Positions 47,905 to 58,500 of a stretch of 64,000 nt of DNA are shown here, piece after piece. Where the stretch lies: positions 2,418,001 to 2,482,000 of the forward strand of contig OX337233.1 of the NCBI GenBank assembly GCA_946965045.2. The letters run 5' to 3'. Position numbers and translations under genes: made by a program. Position 1 is the first letter of the stretch. Every line of letters begins with the position of its first letter. This DNA comes from Epithemia pelagica. Its lineage: Eukaryota; Protista; Bacillariophyta. The notes under the pieces were generated by a model, which saw nothing but the letters and a program-made list of their open reading frames with translations, was not told where the DNA came from and made no database searches.

Positions 47905-50016
47905 TCAATGGGTACGTGCCTTTTTCCCCAACCGTTCTTCTTTAGCTTGTCGTTGTCGTCGTTTCCATTCCAACTTTTTGGCCATTTTCTTGGAGATTGC
48001 ATCACTTTTCTTCGATTGTCCTCCAGAGGCTTCTGAGGGTGTAGATTTCGATGATGGCAGCGCCAAGGGCTTCTGTTTTGGTTCATCCTTGGGTGGTTGC
48101 GACCCATGTCGGGAGCTCATGTCCAGTTGCGCTCGTCCTGGATACACTGGCAACGGATATCCACTAGTGAAAGAAGCACCCTTACCTGTGAGGTTGTCCT
48201 GCCCTGCATCACTGTTGCTCTTGGGTCGGATCTTTGTCTTCTTTTGGAAACAAGCTACAAAAAAGCCATTGGTTTCGTATTCCGGTCCATCGACGCGCAA
48301 CAAACAAGCCGATTCTGCAGCCGTTAAACCTTTGTACGACTTGCCTAGACAAGGCCATGTTTGCATGCATTTTGGTGCAATCAGCTCCCACTTGTGTCCT
48401 CCATCATGTGGGGCATCGTCACGATCCAACTCCAATGCCTTTGCTACCACACCTTCATTTTCTTGGACGTGAATCGAGCAAGTGGAATAGACAATGCGCT
48501 CTACGGCTGGAAATGCTGTCATGGCGTGTCGCAATGCCTGCAGTTGAAAGCTCGAAAGAGATTGTAAACGTTTCGCCGTTTTGCTATTGGTATTGCCGGA
48601 CGAGGGATCCAGTTCTCCGTGCTCGCTTGTAGGGGTAACTTTGTCATCCTCGTTGTTGTTTTGAGGATCTTGTTTACGATCCAGACTATTGAATATGCCC
48701 GATCCCGAACACGACGGATCCAACAGAATATCTGTGACATTCGCAAGATTCTTGTCCGTGTCCTTAGCAGGAGTTTGCAAGAAGTCTTGGCACTTGACCT
48801 CCACTCGAGGATGGTTCTTGTCTACAAGGGCAGGATCACTGGCAGATGTCGGAACCATTTCTGCTATTCTCCGTCGCAGAGTGTCACATCGTTCCTTGGA
48901 CCGATCCAATGCGTAAATGATGGCCGGTTTGTCTTTATTGCCCTTGTGTTCACGCCCTTTTCGTTTGGACACTTGTTTTTGGTGTTGTTCTTGCTGCTGA
49001 TGCACGAGAGCTGCCAAATGACTGGTTTTGTTACCCGGTGCCGCACAGGCATCTAAGTACACTCGACGCTCGGGTGCAAGGCTTTGGGGAGCAAATCCCT
49101 GAACCAAACAAAAGGCGGAAAAGCAAGACGACTTGTCTTGCAAGACAATTCGATGGGGTGACAAGTAGGTATTTTGTCGCAACCATTGGGTTGTCATTCG
49201 ACTGTTTTTGTTGTTTGTCTTACAGCTTGGTGCAAAACTGTCCGTAAATACGAGCAAATCGGGAATATGGGCATCTCGATACACACCACCAGCTGGAGCA
49301 CTGGCATCAGCGGCGGATTCGTCCCTTGTCGCAGCATTATTTGTGTCATCGGAAAAGGAAGAAGAGCCTTCCAATACGAAATGTGTGGAAATCTCGTTCC
49401 ACGTCGTACCAGGCCACAGTGTATTGATGCGAACATAGCGAGGAAATTCCACCACGGACGACCCAGTACGGGGAAACTTTGTGTCGGTCGTTTCGGCGGT
49501 CACAGCGTTTTGCAACACAGGTTCGAGTCGCATCAAGTGTCGTTTGAGAGCACCACCACCTTGAATCGATTGATGCGGCCCCAACAAGAGTTCAAACAGT
49601 AAAACGAACAAGAGACCCTCATTCTTGATCTCCATGGTGGTTGTTGATGATGTTTCTCCAGTCTTTGTGCCTTTCTCGACTTTGTCCTTCTTGTTGCTGT
49701 TTTGTGAACAAGAATCTTGTTCTTGTTGTTTTGTCTCTTTCAGTGCCTGCTTCCAGACACGATCCCACAAGGACTTGTGTTTCAATACCTCACATACTTG
49801 AGCGTAAGTTTGTTTGGAACATATCAGTTGCCCGGTATCCTTGTCGTACACAATGGATTTGAGACCCTTGCCATGATTCCAGACTTGATTCAAGATACGA
49901 GCCGCCGGTGCATAGGGAGAAGTGGAACCGGAGGACGACCGAGACGATGCAGTAGACTTTATCTTTTTGGCTTTACCAGAAGCAACTTTGGCATGACTCT
50001 TTGGCACCATGGCCAT
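47905..50016 (-). CDS. NSUN5: rRNA m5C methyltransferase NSUN5/Rcm1
   Basis: PRYVRINTL, LQDKSSCF, DACAAPGNKTSHLA, LLDPSCSGSG, VYSTCSIHVQENE, TNGFFVACF. Confidence 0.92.
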   Translation of the reverse strand: MAMVPKSHAKVASGKAKKIKSTASSRSSSGSTSPYAPAARILNQVWNHGKGLKSIVYDKDTGQLICSKQTYAQVCEVLKHKSLWDRVWKQALKETKQQEQDSCSQNSNKKDKVEKGTKTGETSSTTTMEIKNEGLLFVLLFELLLGPHQSIQGGGALKRHLMRLEPVLQNAVTAETTDTKFPRTGSSVVEFPRYVRINTLWPGTTWNEISTHFVLEGSSSFSDDTNNAATRDESAADASAPAGGVYRDAHIPDLLVFTDSFAPSCKTNNKNSRMTTQWLRQNTYLSPHRIVLQDKSSCFSAFCLVQGFAPQSLAPERRVYLDACAAPGNKTSHLAALVHQQQEQHQKQVSKRKGREHKGNKDKPAIIYALDRSKERCDTLRRRIAEMVPTSASDPALVDKNHPRVEVKCQDFLQTPAKDTDKNLANVTDILLDPSCSGSGIFNSLDRKQDPQNNNEDDKVTPTSEHGELDPSSGNTNSKTAKRLQSLSSFQLQALRHAMTAFPAVERIVYSTCSIHVQENEGVVAKALELDRDDAPHDGGHKWELIAPKCMQTWPCLGKSYKGLTAAESACLLRVDGPEYETNGFFVACFQKKTKIRPKSNSDAGQDNLTGKGASFTSGYPLPVYPGRAQLDMSSRHGSQPPKDEPKQKPLALPSSKSTPSEASGGQSKKSDAISKKMAKKLEWKRRQRQAKEERLGKKARTH

Positions 50017-50151
50017 AACGAGATGATGTAGAAAGACAAAACCTTCGGTGGTTGTGAGTATGCGTGGTCAGTGAAAAGTGGCAATGGCACGAAGTTTCGT
50101 GGTCGCGGATACGAAGATCCATTCGCGCACACAAAAGGAAGATTTTTTACC

Positions 50152-51020
50152 ATGGCGACCAACGGCAATCGTACTCCTAGCAACCAGGATGGCAGCAACG
50201 ACACCCATACACAAAAAAGAGGAGGGGAAGTACTATTTGCGTCTGCCAAAGCCCTGGATAGTTTTCAGGAGGATGTGAGCTACCTCTGGTGTTTTGGTGG
50301 TTCGTCCTCCATTCCGATCTACGACCATCCGCCCTCCACGGTGGATTTTTTGCGACAGCATGTGGCCATGAGTCGACCGTGTATCATTCGAAATGCCATT
50401 CCATCCTTTCCTCCAGTGACAGTCGAGGACTTGTTGGATCAGGCACCCTCCCATCTCATCATGCAGGTCGACGTGACACCCGATGGCCATGGAGATTGTT
50501 TGCGTCAAACCACCGTACAACATGCAAAAGAACAGAACACAGGAGGTGACAACCAGAACCACAACAACAACCCTGTGTTTGTCAAACCCATGCCAGTGAA
50601 AATGTCATTGGCCACCTTCGCCAAGCATTTACAACTACAACGACCAGCTGCAAAGCAACAGCACAACGAACCATACGACCAGAACGAGGAACCCTAAGAG
50701 TCGTTTCGTGATCGAATCTTTCCAGTGGTTGATCAAAGAGAGCACGTCCTTGTCGAGAAGGATGACGAAGACGACAGTGATACCGATCGACTCGAGTCCA
50801 TGTTGCAATCTTCCGTTTTGTACTATTCTCCACAAAACGATTGTTTGCGCCAGGAATTGGCCCCCTTGTGGAAGATATGGACCACGCAGTATGGTGTGCC
50901 CGCCTCCTTTCCGTGGGCACTGGGCACACGAGGCGTTTGGTGTCACAGAACCCGAGGTTGTGAATTTGTGGATTGGTAACGAACAGGCAGTTTCGTTTTG
51001 GCACAAGGATCACTACTGCA
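50152..51020 (+). pseudogene. JMJD7-like JmjC oxygenase pseudogene
   Basis: FLRQHVAMSRPCIIRNAI, VDVTPDGHGD, YSPQNDCLR, VNLWIG, HKDHY. In-frame TAA at 50695-50697; frameshifting tandem duplication tgggcac x2 (50914-50927); similarity ends right after HKDHY. Confidence 0.8.
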
Positions 51021-51076
51021 ATTCAAGACTTTCCATTCGCGGTTGTCATCAGAAGTGACCTACGATCTACCTATTC

Positions 51077-51343
51077 ATCGTTCAAGGCAATAGGAGGAAA
51101 GAAGCGGAATTAGAGATAGTCAAGCGAGGAACAGATTCTGGTTCGGGCATAACCATCTCAACCACTCCCCTTCTACCATCGCAGTTTTTGAAGAGCATAC
51201 CAACCGCAAAAGTAATCGAAAAGAGAAAGCGAGTAAGTCTCCTGTTAATGATTGCTCAAAGAAACCACAAAAGTGATTGAACACGCAACTATACGGTCGG
51301 CCGTTACGACGAAGTATCTGATCGTTATGAAAAGGTGAGGAGA
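51077..51343 (+). repeat. Diverged direct duplicate of 45962-46420 (TAF11 intron / CDK 5' end) with internal ~170-bp deletion
   Basis: Shared blocks atcgttcaaggcaata, tctggttcgggcataaccatctcaaccactc and cgacgaagtatctgatcgttatgaaaaggtg. Confidence 0.9.
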
Positions 51344-51510
51344 CGAAGCAATGTTGGCGATGAGTTGAGGAATCAGGGAACAGGGAGAATTTTCTTTGAG
51401 GAAAAGCAGATACAAAATGGAATGGGTTAGCCAATAGGTCGGCCGAGAACCGAGAAAGCGTATTGCTTTCAGTTTTTGATCGGGTTGTTGTGAACATAGA
51501 CAGGGCTTGT

Positions 51511-52935
51511 TTACCCTACCAACCTCCATGACTGCAGGGCATTTTGATAATTCCAAAGGAGACATTTCTCCAAAATCTCAGCAGCTTCCACTTCGTACAA
51601 GTTAGCAGAATTTGACCAGCATTCACTAAGGTCGTCGACACCAGGAATGGCTGTCACAAGGATAGTGTCCCCGTCCTCAGACTCCTCCGTTACGAGAGTA
51701 TTTTTGTTATTCTTGGGATAGAATATTTGAACATCAGCCCCCGATATCGTCCACCGATCGTTTGGGTATTTGTAGAGAGCCGCGCCTTTTTCAAGCTTGT
51801 TTAAAATAGCCTCTGCAATTTCATTCCTGTTAAATACCAACTCCAATGGGATAATGTAGTAATGGCATTCGTCAATGATACAGGTGGAAAATTCAGTGTT
51901 GGCATTTCGCAAAGGCCTAATCGCAAAGGACTGCACTGTTTTCCGTCGCTTTCCTCTTCCCCGTCCAGTTCCATCAAAGTTCAGATGGACATCTCTACTC
52001 AACGCAAGGCGGTTGAAGTCGGGTGTATCAAGCCATTCATACACTCCGTGACATTTGGCACTGGGGAAGATGTGAGCTGATTCCGCCTCAGCCAACGTGA
52101 AAGAAGCACTGTTCTCAATCCGTTGAAATCGAAAAGTGGTGTCTTTTCTTGATAGAAGGGTGACATCCATTGTGAAGTCGCTTGATCGAGTATCCAATAT
52201 CATGTCTACAAGAGGCGAACCCGGTTCCGCTTCTCCATTTCGTGGTTCGTAGTGAGTCTTTAGAACCATGTTTTCGACTGTCACTGGAAAGGGGTCAATT
52301 TCTGATAAGGTCAAGTCCCGCACGATGTTCTGTTGGTCGTCCACCAGCTGTAAATCCCCGTTGTTGCGAAGAATATAAGCCTTCAAGTTGTCCACAAAAT
52401 AGCCAGCCCGAAAAACCTTGCTAAACACCACAGAAAACTTAATGATCGAACGATTGAACGGGTCACTATCACTCGCCTCTGTGACAAAAGCCGTATTTGC
52501 ATCTAGATCTGGTGGATATAATCCTTTAAGAGAAGACGCCAATTTGAACAGCTCGTAACGGGCACCAGCGTGGGTTTTTGGTCGAGATATTGCCCCGGAG
52601 ACCTTGCGCCAGCGACTTGGTTGTTGCGAAAGCGGTTCTTGCTGCACGATCGCTGGTGCAACCACAATCAATGGCTTTCTGCTTGCTTTATCGGTGGGAA
52701 CAACATCCCTGGGATCTATGCAGTGGTTGTTGAGAATAGGCACATCAGTTCCCGTCGGGTAGACGTCAAGTTGATAATAAGCGCAGTGATTCAGCGCCAA
52801 TTGCGCTGTTTCCTTCACTTCACGTTTCAGATCATCGACATCATCTCCCGCGAAATCTTTGATTTTAAACAATTTCGGATCTTGATCCTCCTTGCCGATA
52901 TAAAGCTTGATCCAAATGCTCGTCATTGTCGTCAT
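51511..52935 (-). CDS. Crinkler (CRN)-type effector: Ubl-like N-terminal header + C-terminal HNH-type nuclease domain
   Basis: Header IWIKLY...FKIK..DDVDDLKREVK...LDVYP..T...IDP...VP...RKPLIVVAP; C-terminal ESAHIFP...FNRLALSRDVHLNFDG (HNH_2-like). Confidence 0.75.
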   Translation of the reverse strand: MTTMTSIWIKLYIGKEDQDPKLFKIKDFAGDDVDDLKREVKETAQLALNHCAYYQLDVYPTGTDVPILNNHCIDPRDVVPTDKASRKPLIVVAPAIVQQEPLSQQPSRWRKVSGAISRPKTHAGARYELFKLASSLKGLYPPDLDANTAFVTEASDSDPFNRSIIKFSVVFSKVFRAGYFVDNLKAYILRNNGDLQLVDDQQNIVRDLTLSEIDPFPVTVENMVLKTHYEPRNGEAEPGSPLVDMILDTRSSDFTMDVTLLSRKDTTFRFQRIENSASFTLAEAESAHIFPSAKCHGVYEWLDTPDFNRLALSRDVHLNFDGTGRGRGKRRKTVQSFAIRPLRNANTEFSTCIIDECHYYIIPLELVFNRNEIAEAILNKLEKGAALYKYPNDRWTISGADVQIFYPKNNKNTLVTEESEDGDTILVTAIPGVDDLSECWSNSANLYEVEAAEILEKCLLWNYQNALQSWRLVG

Positions 52936-53297
52936 TGTGATGAAGGTGGCATGAGAAGTATACCGATTACCGATCCAGAAAAAACCAAACCGCGCGGGCC
53001 GGGCCGCATTTGGTTTTGAAAAATTTTTCAGCTATACCTAGCAAAGTAGCTACCTAGTCAAGAAGCGCGCAAACAATCAAAATACGAGTAACAGTAGGGT
53101 AAAGAGTAGAGCGTAACCCTACCCCCAAGCGCCGGGTGAGTTATGAATCCCGCCTGAGTCGGAGAAAATGTGCATTCGTCTTCTCACCCCCACGGCGCGT
53201 CCTCCAAATTTGGCGATTTCTCGATCTTGATACAAAACCATTTTCACCTCCACGGTCTCAACACGGACCCAACCTTGTGTGACCAAGTGCACCAACC

Positions 53298-55477
53298 ATG
53301 GACCCTTCCACCCCAGTCCAAAGCTTTTCCCAGGAAACTAACACCATTGAAGAGCTATCTACGGCGTCGCTGGTGCCTACACCGAACCACTTGGTGTCCA
53401 CAGCCAACGTTCTATCTGCCCTCCGTCACCACAGCAACGAGGCCAGTGAAGCCCATGAAACAAACTCCCAAGACACCTCTATCCGCCCCATCCGACCCGC
53501 TTCCCCTTTTCCTATCAATAACCCTCATGCCTTACCCCTACTGGAGCAGGCCATATTGCTTTCCTTTACCGACTGGCATGGCAAAACAGCAAGGCCATGG
53601 CAAGTGAATGCTTGTGGAGAAGTGATCAAGCGGCACACTCTGCAACCTACCTTCCCTCCCATCCTACGTCCTCTGCTTATTGTTCGCGCCACCGGCGGTG
53701 GGAAGTCCGCTGTAGGAGACGTCGCTGGTTTCCTTTGTGGAGGGATTTCGATCACAATTGTCCCTTTGTTGAGCTTAGCGGCGGATCAGACGTCAAAGTT
53801 GACGCAACTGTCTCTCTCCCAAACCCTCCATCATCGCCTTCAAGTGTTCAACCTTGATGTAATCCGGTCTAAGAAGCTGAATACTGTTCTCCGCAACCAT
53901 CTTGAGCAAATGACAAACACAGATGCATCGAAAAAACGCGTCTTCTTGTTCTCCTCCCCACAAAAAATAACCAGCAACCCACAATGGCAGGAAACATTAT
54001 CGCGCTGTTGCGACAATGATCACTACGCTTGCTTGCGATCGACGAATGCCATCTCTATGCTAGCCATGGGATGGAGTTCAGAGCCGAATTTGGAGAGCTA
54101 CGCAAGTGTTTATTCAAAACGCTTACACGACAATCAAAAATCCCCATACCAGTGCTCTTCATGACAGCTACGGCCTCGCCTGCAATGGTTGACGACTTGC
54201 AAACGCTGACTGGATTGCGGTTTGATGTCAAGGAAGACCTGATATGGCCGCATCGACATTCTGGCGTGCATCGTCGTAACATTTTTCTCGACATATCGTT
54301 CAAGGATACTGCCCTTCGACGGATCAAGGCCGAACTTGTCAACACATGCAAATCCACAACCACCCACAAGTTGATTGTTTATTCCAACTCTCGGAAGGCA
54401 ATCCAGAACCTATACCACAAGTGTCGCGCGGAGCTCAATCGACTTGGAATCCAGAAAGACATACTCATGGTACACGGCACAATGTTTAGGGAACAAAAGT
54501 TCCACCACACGGACCTCTTTGTTGGGAAGCCATTGTTGGACGAGTCTCCTACGACGGGACGCACATTGCGCTTTGACCCTATTGCGCTGTTTGCCACTGC
54601 CGGAACTGCGAGTTCCGGCATTGACTGTGCGGATGTCCATAAAGTCATCTTCCATGGAATACCTACGAGCCTCCAGGACCTACTCCAATGTTCTGGCCGA
54701 TGTGGACGGAGTCCATTGGCTACTGCTTCCAATTCATCGTTTACCATCGTCTTCTCTTTAAACAGTCTCGTGTCCCTAATGACACGAATCTTCATCATAC
54801 CTAAATATGAAGAGATGCAACGGAACAAGACATCAAACACAAGTGGAACCAACAACGACGAAGAGAACAACAGTCTCAATTCCAAGCCAGCTGCTGACAA
54901 CTCCCTATCCTCCGAAGCACTCGCCACACGCCATTGGAATTATCTGTTGCCTGTTCTATCTCTGTTATGCTTGAACAACGGCCGCTGCATCCACTATCAA
55001 GTAGAGCAGGCAATGCTCCATCCATATCATGAGAAGGTCTGTGGTATGGCCATGTCATGCAATGGTGCATGTTGGCGGTGTACCCCACATCCTGTGTCAA
55101 CTCCTTTGGATGGTAGAGTCGACAGAGTTGTCTTGCAAGACTACTTTGTCCAGATATTTATCACACGAAAACTTTCACCAGCTCAACTCTCCCTTCACAA
55201 GGAATGCTTTCTCAACGGACTGCTGCAGTACGAAACAATTGGGCCCGATGGGAAAGGAATCAAAGTCTTTGCCAAAAGGGTATTCAGATTGAAGGATAAG
55301 CGAGCCGCCCGACAACGTGCCAAAGCCTTACTTCTGAAATGTTTTGCCTCGGAAATCCTAGAGCCAGATGTTGACGGTTTAAACCTCCGAGTGAAACTCG
55401 GTTATTATGCAAATGGAAACACCAGGATGAACTGTGACGGCGTTTGGTCTGGCTTCAACCTCTTCCCAACTACATAG
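53298..55477 (+). CDS. RecQ-like SF2 helicase of the AcademH element (single -1 frameshift at ~54017)
   Basis: RPWQ, ATGGGKS (motif I), IVPLLSLAADQ (Ia), AIDECH (II), FMTAT (III), SSGID (V), QCSGRCGR (VI). Adding one G at gacaatg^atca gives DNGSLRLLAIDECH. Confidence 0.85.
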
Positions 55478-55506
55478 TCTTTAATGTAAAGCTCTTCTAA
55501 ATAATA

Positions 55507-58500
55507 TTAGTTAACCGAATTCTTGAAACGTTCCAAAGCATCCAACGACCGATCGAGCATACTGTTGTCGCTGTTGTTGCCTGACATTGCATCCATCCAT
55601 CCCAAACTCTCTCGATCGTCCTCCATTTCTTCCAACCTCATATAAAGCTTGTACCGTAAAAAGTGATCCTCCCTCTCCTTTCGTTCTGCGTCTTTTGCTT
55701 TTGCCATGATAACATTTTTTTCCGCGATCGCTTCAAGAGCAAGTGCAACAACATCTTGTGACGCTGTTGCATTCATAGAGACAACCTTCATCCCTTTCAA
55801 AGACGCTTTTTCTCTCAGACCATCCGTATTCTTGTTTGTCACACTGTCCGAGGTTTCTCCCTCCTCGTTCCCTTCCTGAGATGCACAATCCTCATCCTCC
55901 TCTTCATCGCGTTGAGATGGACTATCGTCACCATCCAGCCTATCATCCATCAATTCAGCAGCCTCTTCCTCAATGATATCCTCAATTTGGGTCTCATTTA
56001 TCTCCTGTTCATCATCAGCTTGCAAATTGCCTTCCCGGTTATTCTCACATTCTTCCTCGTTCTCTCCACCTTCTTCGTTGTTGTCGGCGTCCTCTTCATT
56101 ATCTGACACCATCTCCACACTCGGCTGGGTTCCAAAAAGTGTTGTCTCGTCAATCACATCCACAACAACAGTTTCTTCGCCCTCACTGAAGTACGACCTA
56201 TCACCGACTGACTTCTCCCCGTCCTCTTCTTTCATGGCATCTTCGAGGTTAATTTCCTCATCCTCATCGTCCTTATCCACATCCATTGCATCTGCTTCTT
56301 CACGATCAATGGCTTCTTCGTCTACACTACGATCTTTGGCTTTGGAGAGAGGTCCCATCATTGCCTGTGCCTGGCATAACACATACTGATGTGTTGTGTC
56401 GGCCTCTGCCTTACCGTCGCCACCACAGCGTCGAAGCTTCTTCTGTACCTTCAATGTGACCATGTCCAATGCTCGCCAGAAATGGTCTCCATCCATAACA
56501 CGAGAACTGCCGCGAGGAACCTCGTGGCACTTCGTAAGGACAAGCAATTCCGTAACCAATACACGATTCAGTCGACTTCTCGGGTAAGTTGTTTTTTTGT
56601 TACGTTTGCCCGGATCAGCAACTTTTTCCTCATCCTGGCCTTGGCTGCCGTCTTCTCTCAATCGTTCCGCAAGTTCCGACTGGCCATCGGCACGACCACA
56701 AGTATAGAATTCCACAAAATGCTTGGCCCTTTGACAGGCCGTAAGCATTTGGGAAACTTTAATGAACAACGCTTCGGTTCCAAGATGGTTCATGCCCTTG
56801 AAAAAGGGCATGAGCCTTTCCATAATTTGGTCCAGCGCGCTTTCCTTTTGGAATACGGAAGGCACACTTCCAGCCCTTTGGCGTTTAGTCCTATTCAACC
56901 TGAGTTGTTGCAGGATTGAAATAGGTATGCCATGGTAGTACACGTCCATAAGGCGGATCTGTGTGTTGAAAGAATTGCGCTTCTTGGTGATATAGAAATA
57001 GGGCAGGTAATCTACCACCATGGCTTCCATAGCGATTGCATCACCGTGTTGCTCAGCCTCCAGGAATCGCATGTATTTCTTCGTCACCAACAGAAAGTTA
57101 CAGAGATAGCGCCGTAGCCAGTATGCACTTTCTCTAACTTCACGACTTAAGAAAGCCAAGTATGTTTTGGCTATGTGGACTGCCAGAGCTTCTGCACCGT
57201 TGTCTCCTTGTAATATATCATGAAGCTTTTCGGACTTGATACATTCGGAAATGAAGACATCCAGCATCAGCCGTTCTAACTCTTCATAAACTAGTGCAAC
57301 CAGTCGATGGCATAATCTGTAGCTGTTAGAAACGTCAACAGGGTCGAGTCGTTTCCACTTCAGCCTATGCTGGAAGCACTGAAGGAACCCACCGTAGAAG
57401 AGCCTGTAGATTGATTCTAACATATGGAATCGAACGTGGAGATCCCCCGTTATTGGAACAACTCTGTGGATGACCGTTGCTAGCGTAATGGCTTGTCGAT
57501 AGGCCTGCCTGAATGAAACCGTCTTTGAATCTGTTATAGCCATAACATCGTCAAAAAACTGAAAGATTCTGTCAATTGACAGACCGTCACCAACTACAAA
57601 TAGCCATTTCTTCTGCCATGATGCACCGGGTTTGTAAATATTGCTATTCTCATCCCAATCCAAAAGACCGTGAAGGGTCATAAAGTCAAGGACAACACCA
57701 GTTGCACCGACCTTTGTCGTCTCGTCAAGCACCGACACTGGTAACATTAATAATTCCGCGACAGGTGGAATGTGTCGCCAAGTCCGAACAACTCTAGACG
57801 GAAACTGGCGCGCCATGGTGAAGACATTCGTGTCACGGTTCTTCCGGAGTCTGTTCATGGTAGCACTGACAATGGCTCGTCGCGGACAGGTTGCAAATTG
57901 AACAGGCTGAAGGGTATAATCAACGTCGTGGCCAGCATGTCGTCGGATGGATAAGCAACGTTTTATCGTACGCAATTCTGCACACCAAGAGACCATTTGC
58001 ACGTAGCAACGGACACGGGTACCGGAACAATCGAAGGGGTTCCCATCGCGTTCAAGGTCCGACTTGTACGTGCCACGGAAAACAGAAGCTATGCTGTCAA
58101 CCAAAGACGCGTCGGTGTTCCGATCGCATTCAAAAGCCGGCATCTGGTACGGTGCCGGAATATCCTGTTGGAGGTATGTCAGAATTGGTCGAGCATGAAA
58201 GGAGTAGACCCATGATGGCATCTTTTCAAGGTACATGGCCATCACAAAACGGGCTGTAACTCTGGTGTAGATTGCACTCTGGCCAAATTGGAAAGATAGT
58301 CGCCTGCCATCTTGGAGGTTGTCAAAAACACATAGCAGATTGGTGACATTTCTTATGGATCGTTTGACTTTGTCGTCGTAGGAGCGAAGACATTCAGCAA
58401 CACGTCGTTCCATCGTCCTCTTCGAGACTGCTATTCCAAACCAGATTGGAATCTGGGTAGCCAGCATTCCGTGGCCACAAGCATATTGTGCCAAGGCAAA

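Noticed and set aside
54010-54035. Programmed -1 frameshift or intron in the helicase
   Set aside because: No slippery site after the blocking TGA, and no GT-AG pair that preserves DECH.
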